From: Bacteroidales bacterium
GTDB taxonomy: Bacteria; Bacteroidota; Bacteroidia; Bacteroidales; VadinHA17
Assembly: GCA_034679225.1 (NCBI GenBank)
Contig: JAXDBC010000076.1
Span: 19,941-83,940 of the forward strand
Direction of reading: 5' to 3'
DNA length: 64,000 bases
In this document: positions 17,384 through 27,427 of the stretch, in pieces
Layout: every line of letters starts with the position of its first letter
Position numbering within the stretch: the first letter of the stretch is position 1
Made by a program: the position numbers and the translations under genes
Notes under the pieces: model-generated
What the model saw: only the letters and a program-made list of their open reading frames with translations
Told to the model about the DNA's origin: nothing
The model's database searches: none

Positions 17384-19727
17384 TTTGAAGAAAGCTGCTA
17401 AAATAGCGCTGGTCATTGCCGTTGCGGCCATGATGGCAGTGTTGGCTGCCCCCATGCCCAGGTTCAATGCAGCCCTGTCGACCGTGGTGGAGGCCCGCGA
17501 CGGAAGTCTTCTCGGGGCAAGGATAGCGGATGACGGGCAGTGGAGATTCCCTCCCGGTGACGAAGTGCCTGAAAAATTCAGGAAAGCCCTGCTTAGCTTT
17601 GAGGACAGGTATTTTTATTTTCATCCGGGAATAAACCCTGTTGCGATCTTCCGTGCACTGAAGGATAATATAAGGACGGGCGAGATAGTGAGCGGCGGCA
17701 GCACCATCACCATGCAGGTCGCCAGGCTGTCGGGTGGAAACAGCCGAAGGACATACGGGAAAAAGATATTAGAGATATTACAGGCCTTAAAGATGGAACT
17801 GTTCCGTTCGAAAAAGGCCATACTGAGAATCTACGCCGCCAATGCCCCCTTCGGAGGGAATATCGTGGGACTGGATGCTGCAACCTGGAGGTATGCCGGG
17901 AAATCGCCGGTTGACATCACCTGGGCTGAAGCCGCGGCGCTTGCAGTGCTTCCCAATTCACCTTCACTCGTGTATCCCGGCAAAAACCAGGAGATACTCG
18001 AAAGAAAAAGGAATGAACTGCTGAAAAAGCTTTATCAAAGGAAATACATTGATTCGCTTACCCTTATCCTTTCCATGGATGAGCCGCTTCCCGGTGAACC
18101 AAAGCCGCTGCCTTCAGCATCGCCACATCTAACAGATTTTTACTACTCATCCAGACGCGGAGAGAGAATCAGGACAACCATTGATCCGGCGATGCAGGAA
18201 AGGATGGCAGCAATAATCAATAATCACCAGAAGGAACTTTCAGGCAATATGATCTTCAATGCTGCAGCTCTTATTGTGGATGTCCCCACGGGCGAGGTTC
18301 TCGCTTATGCCGGGAACAGCACGAATGAAGGATTGGAGCTGCACGGAGGAAGCGTCGACATAATACGCTCTCTAAGAAGCACGGGGAGCATCCTTAAACC
18401 CCTGCTTTATGCCGGGATGCAGGAATCGGGAGAACTTCTTCCCACTTCACTGGTTCCCGATATCCCGACAAGGTTTCCCGGTTTTACTCCCAAAAATTTC
18501 GATGAAAGCTACAGCGGAGCCGTTCCTGCTGACGAAGCTCTTTCTCAATCACTGAATATCCCGGCTGTGAGCATGTTGAGAAAATATACTCCCGGTCGCT
18601 TCCTTGAACTTCTCAGACTGACCGGTTTTACCAGCTTCAGTCTGCCGGCTGATCACTACGGTCTTTCGCTGATACTCGGGGGCGGCGAAACCTCGCTGTG
18701 GGAGCTTGCCGGCGTTTATGCATCCCTGTCGAGGGTACTCGGAAGATATTCAAAGGAAAGGAAATATCTTGCCGGAGATTATCATCCTCCCATGCTGCTC
18801 CGTGAAGAAACGAAGCAGAAGTCTGTTGAGGAAGATGAAAATCCTCCGCTTTCTGCCGCATCCATATGGCTCACCTACGAGGCATTGAGAAAGGTTAACC
18901 GTCCGGAAACGGAAGCCGGATGGCAGTATTTCGCTTCAACACCCGGACTGGCGTGGAAAACGGGAACAAGCTTCGGCTTCAGGGATGCCTGGGCAGTAGG
19001 TGCAACGCCCTCCTATGTTATTGCAGTATGGGCAGGCAATGCCGATGGTGAAGGAAGACCCGGTCTGACAGGGGTGTCGGCAGCTGCTCCTATTATGTTC
19101 GATCTTGCCGGGATGATGAGGCAGGGCGAATGGTTCTCACCTCCCTGGGAATCACTCACCGCGATAGAAGTCTGCAGGAAAAGCGGCTTCAGGGCCGGAC
19201 CGGACTGCCCCGATAAACTTGAAGTCTTTGCTCATATTAATGGTCTGAGGGCGGAAACCTGTCCCTGGCATACTATGGTACATCTTGACAGCACCCGGAG
19301 CAGGCAGGTCAATGCCGGATGCTTCCCGGCTTCTGAAATAATAAGTGAACCGTGGTTCGTGCTGCCTCCCGCCATGGAATATTTCTACAGGCAGAAACAT
19401 CCCGCTTACAAGCCGCTTCCTCCCTTTGCCCCTGGATGCGCACCCGACAGAGCACGGCCCGAAATGGAGTTCATATATCCTACAAACGGGATAAGGATCT
19501 TTATCCCGCGCGACCATACAGGGGAAATGACAACTGTCATTGCAGAAGCGGTTCACAGGAATCCTTCCGGGAAGTTATTCTGGCATCTTGATGATAAATA
19601 CATCACATCCACAAAGTTCATTCATCAGACAGAGATACTTGCATCACCCGGCAATCACAGGCTGACCATTGTTGATGAAAGCGGTAATATGGCAGCCACT
19701 TCATTTACGATAATGTCCGGAAGATAA
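17364..19727 (+). CDS. pbpC: Penicillin-binding protein 1C (transglycosylase/transpeptidase)
   Basis: N-terminal TM segment, GT51 motifs (FEDRYFYFHPGINP, GGSTITMQVAR), a transpeptidase domain and a PBP1C C-terminal domain. The start is uncertain: no early ATG, with in-frame TTG candidates at 17364, 17367 and 17385. Confidence 0.9.
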   Translation: MLSPDSDLKKAAKIALVIAVAAMMAVLAAPMPRFNAALSTVVEARDGSLLGARIADDGQWRFPPGDEVPEKFRKALLSFEDRYFYFHPGINPVAIFRALKDNIRTGEIVSGGSTITMQVARLSGGNSRRTYGKKILEILQALKMELFRSKKAILRIYAANAPFGGNIVGLDAATWRYAGKSPVDITWAEAAALAVLPNSPSLVYPGKNQEILERKRNELLKKLYQRKYIDSLTLILSMDEPLPGEPKPLPSASPHLTDFYYSSRRGERIRTTIDPAMQERMAAIINNHQKELSGNMIFNAAALIVDVPTGEVLAYAGNSTNEGLELHGGSVDIIRSLRSTGSILKPLLYAGMQESGELLPTSLVPDIPTRFPGFTPKNFDESYSGAVPADEALSQSLNIPAVSMLRKYTPGRFLELLRLTGFTSFSLPADHYGLSLILGGGETSLWELAGVYASLSRVLGRYSKERKYLAGDYHPPMLLREETKQKSVEEDENPPLSAASIWLTYEALRKVNRPETEAGWQYFASTPGLAWKTGTSFGFRDAWAVGATPSYVIAVWAGNADGEGRPGLTGVSAAAPIMFDLAGMMRQGEWFSPPWESLTAIEVCRKSGFRAGPDCPDKLEVFAHINGLRAETCPWHTMVHLDSTRSRQVNAGCFPASEIISEPWFVLPPAMEYFYRQKHPAYKPLPPFAPGCAPDRARPEMEFIYPTNGIRIFIPRDHTGEMTTVIAEAVHRNPSGKLFWHLDDKYITSTKFIHQTEILASPGNHRLTIVDESGNMAATSFTIMSGR

Positions 19728-19753
19728 TTTGGTTGAATGTTAGAAGTTTCCTC

Positions 19754-19836
19754 CTGACAGCTAAATACATAGGAAGAGACCGCAGGACCGCAGGACCGCA
19801 AGACTGCAAGACCGCAGGACCGCAGGACCGCAAAGT
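19754..19836. repeat. Anchor module plus octamer array
   Basis: CTGACAGCTAAATACATAGGAAGAGAC (19754-19780) is followed by CGCAGGAC x2, CGCAAGAC, TGCAAGAC, CGCAGGAC x2, CGCAAAGT. Confidence 0.95.
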
Positions 19837-19936
19837 AGGTGCCCGGAGGGTAATTGTGAAATATCAGGATGAAATGCTATTAACATAAGGAGCATTTTAT
19901 TCGGGTTTAAATCATTTTTTCCTAATTTGCATCCAT

Positions 19937-21982
19937 ATGCTAACTTCAATGAAAAATTTCCTTCTTATTATCCTTCTGGCTTCATTCAGTCTTATTTCTG
20001 TTTCACAGTTTGCCGGGACTAATCAGGCCGGACTGAAAAAGAACTCCTATGATCTTTCGCTTCCGCCACGTCCGATCGATCCGCAGATCGTTCAGGATCA
20101 GGACGACATGACCTGGGATGATTACCGACCGATACCGGGGAAAAACTGGGCTGATCCCTCGCTCGAGCCTAAGCGTAAGTTCAGGATGGCTCTGGTTGCG
20201 GTTGATTTTCCCGATCAGCCCTTCGTGATCACCCTGCCCAGGAAATCAGACCTCTTCGGCAATCCTCAAATCGATCCTATTCCCAGGGAAGATGTTCCGA
20301 AGTTCTATTCCGATTTCTGGCTCAGACCATCAGAAGTGAATCATGGTCAAACCATCAACGGTTACTGGATGGAGCAGTCGCGAGGCAGGTTCGGTATCAC
20401 TGCTCTTGAGGCTTTCGGTCCTTACAGAATGCCGGCAAATCTCTGGGAGTACGGCCTCAACGAATGGGGGCAGCACGATTTTACTCCCGACGGCAGGCGT
20501 CCGTCAAAGAGGATGGAGCGGCATGTCGATTCGCTGTGGAGGGCCGATAAGGGAGATCTCAAATCGCAGTACGATGCAATACTCAGGATCTATGCAGGAT
20601 ATGATGAAACAGGGGTGTGGCAGGAATTCGGTGAAATGAAATTCCTTTCGAAGGAAGACATTCCTGCTGAATGGGGTAACCCCGATACGACAAAACCCCG
20701 CTGGGCAGCCACACGCTATGTTCCGTGGACATCGTGGAAGGCTGCTCAGATGCAGTGGGGACTGTCATCGATACGCCAGGGAGAAAATTCCGGCACCATT
20801 ACCCATGAGCTTGGGCATTATGCTTTTTCAATAGGCGACAATAACAATAACCCTTATGTGAAACCCTACAGGAGAGTAGGATCGGGAACCTGGGACATGA
20901 TGGATCGCGGCTGTTTCAACGGTCCGGGCGGACCCCATATGAGATGGGTGGTCCCTCCGTCGATGGGAGCCGCGATGCCTGCCGGACTGATGCTCAGGAA
21001 CAGAATGATAAACGGGTTTCTCGATAAGGAACAGGTACTTATTCTGAGCAGGGAGGATCTGGCAAAATCAGGCCCTGTCGTGGCAAGGGTGACTTCGAGG
21101 GCCGTGGAACCCCTGCCTGGAACTTTCGCCGGAATAGTTGTCAGACTCGACGGTGCTGAACCTCGTGACAGAACCCCTGCCGACGATCCCGCGATAAACC
21201 CACTGTCGCCCGGCATTCCGAATTTTGATAATTATTCGCTTGAGGTTGTCCAAAGGATAGGTTATGATTCATTTTGCCCCGACAACGGTGTTCTGCTGGC
21301 GAAAAACAAGGACAAAGAGAGCAGCAACGGTGGTCCTAACGGATTCAACTGCTTCAACTGGGTGATCGATGCCCATCCGGAGGATATCAATATGGTCGAT
21401 TATGTGAGGCCCGACGGACAGAAAGTTATGAGAACGATAGCCGATTACAGGCAACTCAATGATGCCTTGTTTCATGCAGGACTCGGTTCGGGCAGCTTCC
21501 CGGAATGGTCAGATGAACATAACAGGCTTCATTTCTATGTAATTGACATTGAAAATAAAGACGGGATACTGTCGTATGAACTGGGTGTCAGGTCGCTGGA
21601 CGGCTCAGGCCCTCAAAGGAGAGGAGTGATCATCTCCCTGCCGCGGGAAAGGAAAATCAAGGGCGGCTCAGCTTATGTGATCTTTAAGGTCAGGAACACG
21701 GGGGAACCCTCTGCTATCGATCCTGCGCTGCATGAACAGAACAGCTCACGGTGGTTGAACAGCGATATCTTCCGGCTCACAGCCACATGCAGGGGGGAAG
21801 AGTGTACGCTAAAACTGTTTAACGGATTCATATCATTGCTTCCAGGTGAAACAGGGGAAGTGCCGGTATATGTTTCATTCAAGGGAGAGGCATCACGGAA
21901 GGCCAGGATCAGCCTGACAATCACGTCCGAAAGCGATCCGGCAGCCAATATAACCGGAACAATTACAGTGAAAAGAAAATAA
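19937..21982 (+). CDS. Secreted zinc metalloprotease, M6 (immune inhibitor A)-like
   Basis: Signal peptide, and HELGH at 20804-20818 in the context GTITHELGHYAF. An alternative start is the ATG at 19949. Confidence 0.7.
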   Translation: MLTSMKNFLLIILLASFSLISVSQFAGTNQAGLKKNSYDLSLPPRPIDPQIVQDQDDMTWDDYRPIPGKNWADPSLEPKRKFRMALVAVDFPDQPFVITLPRKSDLFGNPQIDPIPREDVPKFYSDFWLRPSEVNHGQTINGYWMEQSRGRFGITALEAFGPYRMPANLWEYGLNEWGQHDFTPDGRRPSKRMERHVDSLWRADKGDLKSQYDAILRIYAGYDETGVWQEFGEMKFLSKEDIPAEWGNPDTTKPRWAATRYVPWTSWKAAQMQWGLSSIRQGENSGTITHELGHYAFSIGDNNNNPYVKPYRRVGSGTWDMMDRGCFNGPGGPHMRWVVPPSMGAAMPAGLMLRNRMINGFLDKEQVLILSREDLAKSGPVVARVTSRAVEPLPGTFAGIVVRLDGAEPRDRTPADDPAINPLSPGIPNFDNYSLEVVQRIGYDSFCPDNGVLLAKNKDKESSNGGPNGFNCFNWVIDAHPEDINMVDYVRPDGQKVMRTIADYRQLNDALFHAGLGSGSFPEWSDEHNRLHFYVIDIENKDGILSYELGVRSLDGSGPQRRGVIISLPRERKIKGGSAYVIFKVRNTGEPSAIDPALHEQNSSRWLNSDIFRLTATCRGEECTLKLFNGFISLLPGETGEVPVYVSFKGEASRKARISLTITSESDPAANITGTITVKRK

Positions 21983-21996
21983 AACAACATGGGAAC

Positions 21997-22257
21997 ATGA
22001 GTAAAACCGAAAAAATACTTATTCTGGAAAATGAAATAGAAGCCAGACTTATAGACGAACTTCTTAAGGAAAAAGGTATTCCGCATCTGGTAAGATCATT
22101 CCACGACTCAGCCTACGACGGGTTGTTTCAGTTCCATTCCGGCTGGGGCCGGCTTGATGCTCCCGAAGAATACAGGGATGAAATTCTTAAAATCTACGAG
22201 GAGATGTCGTTGTCTGAAGGGATGCACCATGATGAGGAAGCTCATCCGGAAGACTGA
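21997..22257 (+). CDS. Small acidic protein, DUF2007-like (putative signal-transducing fold)
   Basis: 86 aa; KILILENEIEARLIDELLKEKGIPHLV pattern. The family assignment is tentative. Confidence 0.5.
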   Translation: MSKTEKILILENEIEARLIDELLKEKGIPHLVRSFHDSAYDGLFQFHSGWGRLDAPEEYRDEILKIYEEMSLSEGMHHDEEAHPED

Positions 22258-23294
22258 TCCTCATCCGTTTTTTTCCTTTTTCCCGCGAAGACACCCTTTT
22301 CAAGTCCCCTGATAAGAAGAAGGTTTACAAACGCTATCATAACCATCCCAGCAATCAGCCAGGCATAGGCACTTTTCCAGTTGCCTTCGCCTCCGGTCAT
22401 CATTGTCCATTCCGACATTCCGCCTATGCTTGCAATAAGAGTCAGAGGCATGAAAACCGTGGTAATGAGAGTCAGCCTCTTGACGGTGGAATTGGTCTCG
22501 TTCGACATCTGCGTCATTTTATTGTTGAGCAGGGATGTATAGAGTTCCATAAGACTTGTCTCGATTTCACGGTAGGTCTCGGTAAGCTCGAAGAATTTTG
22601 AAAGGTGGTCGTAGATGTCCCTGAAAGGAACTACCGCATTTTCGGGGATGAAAGGACAGTCGAGCCGGCTTATCTTTACCAGGATCTCCCTTTCGTGGTA
22701 AAGACTTTTCCTCAGCGTCACCAGGTTCCGGCGCAGATGGATCAGTTCCATGGGCCTGAAACTTGTGACATCTTCCATTAGAAGGTCTTCCAACTCCTCC
22801 AGTTCATCCTCCATCGTGTCGAATGCACTGTACTTCTGGTCGACAAGAAAGTCGAGAACCTTGTGAAGCAGCATTGCCGGGCTTGTCCTGGCATTAAGGG
22901 TATCATGCTCCACCAGTTCGGCAATGTTCCTCAGAGGCTTCCTGTTTTCCGATTTATGTCCGCTGACGGTGATAAGAAAGTTTTTCCCTATGAAGAAGTT
23001 AACCTCATCGGTGAAAAGGGTTTTATCCTCGTAGCTGAAAGCATTGAAAAGGATAAAGGTATTATTGCGGAAGTGTTCGATCTTCGGGATCTGTTTGTCG
23101 TCGAAACAATCCTCAACCGACAGAGGATGAATTCCCAGGAGGTCGATCAGATTGTTCAGTTCATCTTTCTCAGGGCGAAAGTAGTTAAGCCATATGAAAC
23201 CTCCCTCCCTCATGGCAGTGACAGCTTCGGCGATTGATTCCACCCCGTAGAACAGGCCCGACTGTGAAAAATGATAAAATTTCGATTCTGACAT
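22242..23294 (-). CDS. corA: CorA-family divalent cation transporter with atypical GMS motif
   Basis: Cytoplasmic funnel domain plus two C-terminal TMs. The signature loop reads IGGMSEW (GMS at 22413-22421) rather than YGMNF. Confidence 0.8.
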   Translation of the reverse strand: MSESKFYHFSQSGLFYGVESIAEAVTAMREGGFIWLNYFRPEKDELNNLIDLLGIHPLSVEDCFDDKQIPKIEHFRNNTFILFNAFSYEDKTLFTDEVNFFIGKNFLITVSGHKSENRKPLRNIAELVEHDTLNARTSPAMLLHKVLDFLVDQKYSAFDTMEDELEELEDLLMEDVTSFRPMELIHLRRNLVTLRKSLYHEREILVKISRLDCPFIPENAVVPFRDIYDHLSKFFELTETYREIETSLMELYTSLLNNKMTQMSNETNSTVKRLTLITTVFMPLTLIASIGGMSEWTMMTGGEGNWKSAYAWLIAGMVMIAFVNLLLIRGLEKGVFAGKRKKTDEDQSSG

Positions 23295-23437
23295 TTATTA
23301 AGTTGTTAATTATTAAAACCTCTATCAGGCAGCTTCGTCCCAATCCGGAATCCAAATTACAACAAAATAGGATATAAGGGAATTTAAGGGGAACTTGTTT
23401 TTTTATTACATTTACCCTCTAATGACCTCTGAGCATC

Positions 23438-24334
23438 ATGCCTGACTCTGCATCCAGCAAAGCCCTTTTCATCCTGAACCCGAATGCAGGGATCCCTCCC
23501 ATAAAGTTTTTCGTAAGCGAAGAACTGAAAAGACGACGGGACGAACTGGCATATTACAAGTCGCTGAGCGTTGATGAATCGGGTGACCTGATCAATAACA
23601 ATTTCGACAAATACAAAATCTTCATAGCCGCCGGAGGCGACGGAACCGTTCACACCATTGCAGCCAGGCTGGTGGGAACTGACAAACTCCTGGGAGTGCT
23701 TCCCATCGGATCGGGCAATGGATTTGCCAGGGAAATGGGCTTCAGGACCAATGTCAGGACGCTTCTGAAGGATATTGAAAGAAATGAGAGCTTCGACATT
23801 GATATGCTCACAGTCAACGGCGAACCCTGCCTTAACGTTGCCGGAGTCGGTCTCGACAGTTTTGTCGCCCACTCCTTCGATAAGCTGGGTACACGCGGTT
23901 TCGGGTCGTACATATGGGTAACCATCGGAAATTTCATCCGGCTCCGCCCATTCAGCGCTGAAATCATTATTGAAGGTAAAGAGACACTAAGGGAAGACCT
24001 TTTCGTTCTTGTCGCGGCAAATACAAGGCAGTTTGGGAACTGTGCCTTCATTGCCCCCGCCGCGGTTCCAAACGACGGAATGCTTGACATTGTGATGCTG
24101 AAACCTTTCCCGAAATACCTTTTCCCGCTTATCATCTTCAGATTGTTTTCAAAAAAACTTGGAAGATCAAGGTATTACAAACATATCAAGACCGATCGCG
24201 AGGTAATAATAAGAACAGATGAGAATAGGTTTCATATCGACGGCGAGCCGGTTATTCTGGAGGAAGATGTGAGGATAAATATCAGGAAGAATGCACTTAA
24301 GGTGTTGAAGACAAGAAAGAATAAATTTGCCTGA
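23438..24334 (+). CDS. Diacylglycerol/lipid kinase family protein (YegS/BmrU-like)
   Basis: AAGGDGTVHT and PIGSGNGFA motifs of the DAGK catalytic domain. Confidence 0.85.
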   Translation: MPDSASSKALFILNPNAGIPPIKFFVSEELKRRRDELAYYKSLSVDESGDLINNNFDKYKIFIAAGGDGTVHTIAARLVGTDKLLGVLPIGSGNGFAREMGFRTNVRTLLKDIERNESFDIDMLTVNGEPCLNVAGVGLDSFVAHSFDKLGTRGFGSYIWVTIGNFIRLRPFSAEIIIEGKETLREDLFVLVAANTRQFGNCAFIAPAAVPNDGMLDIVMLKPFPKYLFPLIIFRLFSKKLGRSRYYKHIKTDREVIIRTDENRFHIDGEPVILEEDVRINIRKNALKVLKTRKNKFA

Positions 24335-24416
24335 AGACCCATGCGGACGGAATCTTGTTTCATGCGGCCGGATGGGAACTTGCCGGATAACTTTTAAACA
24401 ACGAAATAAGCTGATC

Positions 24417-26837
24417 ATGAAGAAAACTGTTTTGATAATGATGTTGGCCGGGATTGCAATCAGCATCTCTGCCCAGATTTCAGGTGACTTAAGCTCGCGC
24501 CGTGTCGCTCTTCCCAACGGATGGTACCTGACTCCTGCTGGAAAAGTCCTGCAACTCGGGGATCTTCCTCTTAACATTGCCTTGTCGCCCAACGGAAAAC
24601 TGGCTGCCGTTACAAACAACGGGCAGAGCACACAGATGATCCACCTGGTGGATGTCAGAAAAGAGACTGTTTCCGATTCGGTAGTAATTGGCAAATCGTG
24701 GCTGGGACTTGTTTTCTCTGATAACGGGAAAGAACTCTATGCTTCCGGAGGTAACGACAACTGGATAATAAAATACAAGGTCCGCCGTAAAAAACTCATC
24801 AACGCCGACACGATCAGAATAGGCAAACCCTGGCCTGAAAAAATATCCATAGCCGGCCTTGCCCTCGACGGCAGGAAGAAAGTCATCTATGCTGTTACCA
24901 AGGAGAATAATATGCTTTATTGTATCGACCTGGTGACAAAAAGCATACTATCACAGACGCCCCTTGGAGGCGAGGGCTATACCTGCATCCTGTCGCCCGA
25001 CAGAAAAACGCTGTATGCATCTTGCTGGGGCTGCGACAAGGTAGTGGTGTTTGACACCTATTCCCGGACAATAAGAGGCAGCATTGACGTCGGGGACAAT
25101 CCCAACGACATGTGCATTACCCGGGATGGTATCTGGCTATTTGTTGCAAATGCAAATGATAACAATGTCTCCGTTATCGACACCAGGGCCGGAAGAGTTA
25201 TCGAGACTCTCAATTCAGCCCTTTATCCCGATGCCCCGAGCGGGTCGACTACAAACGGGCTGGCCCTGAGCCGCGACCAGAAGACCCTTTATGTCGCCAA
25301 TGCCGATAACAACTGCCTTGCCGTGTTTGACGTAAGTTTACCCGGAAGAAGCAAGGGAAAAGGATTTATCCCCACAGGATGGTATCCTGCATGTGTAAGA
25401 GTGTCGGGTGAAAAGATCCTTGTTGCCAACGGCAAGGGGATGACATCACTGCCCAATCCCTATGGTCCCAATCCTACACGGAGCGGCGATGTTGTTATTC
25501 ACCACGAAGGAGGCCGCGATCAGGTAATACAGGTTCAGTATATCGGTGGAGGACTCTTCAGGGGAACCATGAGTATAATTGATGTTCCCGATGAAAAAAC
25601 TGCCGGCCTATATTCAAAAGCCGTTTATGACAATACTCCTTATTCAAAGGAAAATGAGCTTATTGCAGAAGGTGAGGAAGGTAATCCCATTCCCCGCAAG
25701 GTTGGGGACCCCTCACCGATCAAATATGTGTTTTATATAATCAAGGAAAACCGCACCTACGACCAGGTATTGGGCGATATGCCGGAAGGCAACGGTGATA
25801 CCGACCTGGTACTCTTCGGAGAGGAGGTCACTCCTAATCATCATGCCATAGCCAGGGAATTTGTTCTGCTTGATAATTTCTATGTTAACGGTGAAGTGAG
25901 CGCCGACGGCCACAACTGGACAATGGGAGCCTATGCCACAGATTATCTTGAGAAGAACTGGCCCACGAGTTATGGGGGAAGAGGCGGTTCCTATCCCGGT
26001 GAAGGAGCCCGTGAAGTTGCCAACAACAAGGTATTCTTCTGGGACTTGTGCAAACAGAACGGGGTGAGTTTCCGCACCTACGGAGAGTTTGTGAGCGGAG
26101 GTAAACCGACTCTTGAAGTACTGAAGGATAATTACTGCCCTTCCTTTACTGAATGGGATGAATCGGTAAGGGACACTGTACGTTTTTACCAATGGAAACG
26201 CGATTTCGACTCCCTGCTAACCATGAATGCAGTGCCGCGGTTCAACACGATCAGGTTTATCAACGATCACACACAGGGATTGAGTCTTGGCAAGCCCACT
26301 CCTTTTGCACATGTTGCCGACAACGATCTTGCTCTGGGCTTGTTTGTTGAGTATCTGAGCCACAGTCCCATCTGGAACGAGACCCTTATCATATCGGTTG
26401 AGGATGATGCCCAGAACGGACCCGATCATGTGGATGCCCACAGAAGCATCGCTCTTCTGGCGGGAGGATTTGTAAAGCAGGGATTTGTTGATCATACACC
26501 CTATACAACAACATCACTGCTGAGAACCATGGAACTGGTGCTGGGCTTGCCGCCCATGACTCAGTATGATGCAGCTGCCAATTCGCTGTGGAGATGTTTC
26601 AATACCACGGCGGGGCATCCTCCGTACAAATGCAGGCCTGCAAATATTGACCTGAATGAAAAGAACACAGCTAAAAACAAATGGCAGGCTTTGAGCGAAA
26701 CCTTTGATTTCAGCGTCGAGGACAGAGTGAACGATTTCGATTTCAATGAAGTGATATGGAGGGCTGTTAAAGGGCTTGATTCCCCTTGTCCCCCGTCGGT
26801 AAGAGCGGCTTTCCTGACAACAGAGGCGGAGGATTGA
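24417..26837 (+). CDS. Secreted fusion protein: YncE-like beta-propeller plus phosphoesterase (PLC/AcpA family) domain
   Basis: Signal peptide MKKTVLIMMLAGIAISISAQ. N-terminal YVTN-type propeller repeats (LYASGGN, LYVANADNN). The C-terminal half has YIIKENRTYDQVLGD and VEDDAQNGPDHVDAHRS, typical of the phosphoesterase family. Confidence 0.8.
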   Translation: MKKTVLIMMLAGIAISISAQISGDLSSRRVALPNGWYLTPAGKVLQLGDLPLNIALSPNGKLAAVTNNGQSTQMIHLVDVRKETVSDSVVIGKSWLGLVFSDNGKELYASGGNDNWIIKYKVRRKKLINADTIRIGKPWPEKISIAGLALDGRKKVIYAVTKENNMLYCIDLVTKSILSQTPLGGEGYTCILSPDRKTLYASCWGCDKVVVFDTYSRTIRGSIDVGDNPNDMCITRDGIWLFVANANDNNVSVIDTRAGRVIETLNSALYPDAPSGSTTNGLALSRDQKTLYVANADNNCLAVFDVSLPGRSKGKGFIPTGWYPACVRVSGEKILVANGKGMTSLPNPYGPNPTRSGDVVIHHEGGRDQVIQVQYIGGGLFRGTMSIIDVPDEKTAGLYSKAVYDNTPYSKENELIAEGEEGNPIPRKVGDPSPIKYVFYIIKENRTYDQVLGDMPEGNGDTDLVLFGEEVTPNHHAIAREFVLLDNFYVNGEVSADGHNWTMGAYATDYLEKNWPTSYGGRGGSYPGEGAREVANNKVFFWDLCKQNGVSFRTYGEFVSGGKPTLEVLKDNYCPSFTEWDESVRDTVRFYQWKRDFDSLLTMNAVPRFNTIRFINDHTQGLSLGKPTPFAHVADNDLALGLFVEYLSHSPIWNETLIISVEDDAQNGPDHVDAHRSIALLAGGFVKQGFVDHTPYTTTSLLRTMELVLGLPPMTQYDAAANSLWRCFNTTAGHPPYKCRPANIDLNEKNTAKNKWQALSETFDFSVEDRVNDFDFNEVIWRAVKGLDSPCPPSVRAAFLTTEAED

Positions 26838-26944
26838 TCCCCCGCCTCAACCAGGTATTGCGGAAACAGAAAGTAAACAATTGCACAACCTGCCGGTCAT
26901 GAATCTGAACTGAGCAGGTACAAGGCAATTGTTTCTGTTAGATT

Positions 26945-27343
26945 TTACTTCTTCTTTTTCTTTTTGGCAAGCTCTTTTTTTGTATCCTCGAGCAACTCCT
27001 CGAGTTCGCTTACCGACAAGTCTTGTTCCCTCGCGAAGAATGAAGCAAGAGCGGAAAAGGAATTATCGAAATAACCGGTAAGAAGCTTGTTAAGCTGACG
27101 TTTTGAATACTCTTCCTTTGATACCAGAGGATGGTAGAGATGTGTGTTTCCATAGGCTTTATGCCCCACGAAGCCCTTTTTTTCAAGCACACGTACTACG
27201 GTGGATACCGTGTTGCGGGCAGGCCGCGGTTCATCGAACCTCATGCGGATATCCTTTACAATCGCATTTTTCATGTCCCAGATTATCTGCATGATCTCTT
27301 CCTCTGCTCTTGTCAGGGATTGGTTTTTCGCTAATCTTCTCAT
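26945..27343 (-). CDS. BlaI/MecI/CopY-family transcriptional repressor
   Basis: LTRAEEEIMQIIWD...ARNTVSTVVRVLEKKGFV winged helix with a C-terminal dimerisation helix. Confidence 0.88.
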   Translation of the reverse strand: MRRLAKNQSLTRAEEEIMQIIWDMKNAIVKDIRMRFDEPRPARNTVSTVVRVLEKKGFVGHKAYGNTHLYHPLVSKEEYSKRQLNKLLTGYFDNSFSALASFFAREQDLSVSELEELLEDTKKELAKKKKKK

Positions 27344-27427
27344 AATCGGTTAGGTTTGGTTAAAATCATTTTCAAAAACAGGATTCCAAGCCGGGGAACT
27401 CTTAAAATTTCCTCTATATGCAAATAT

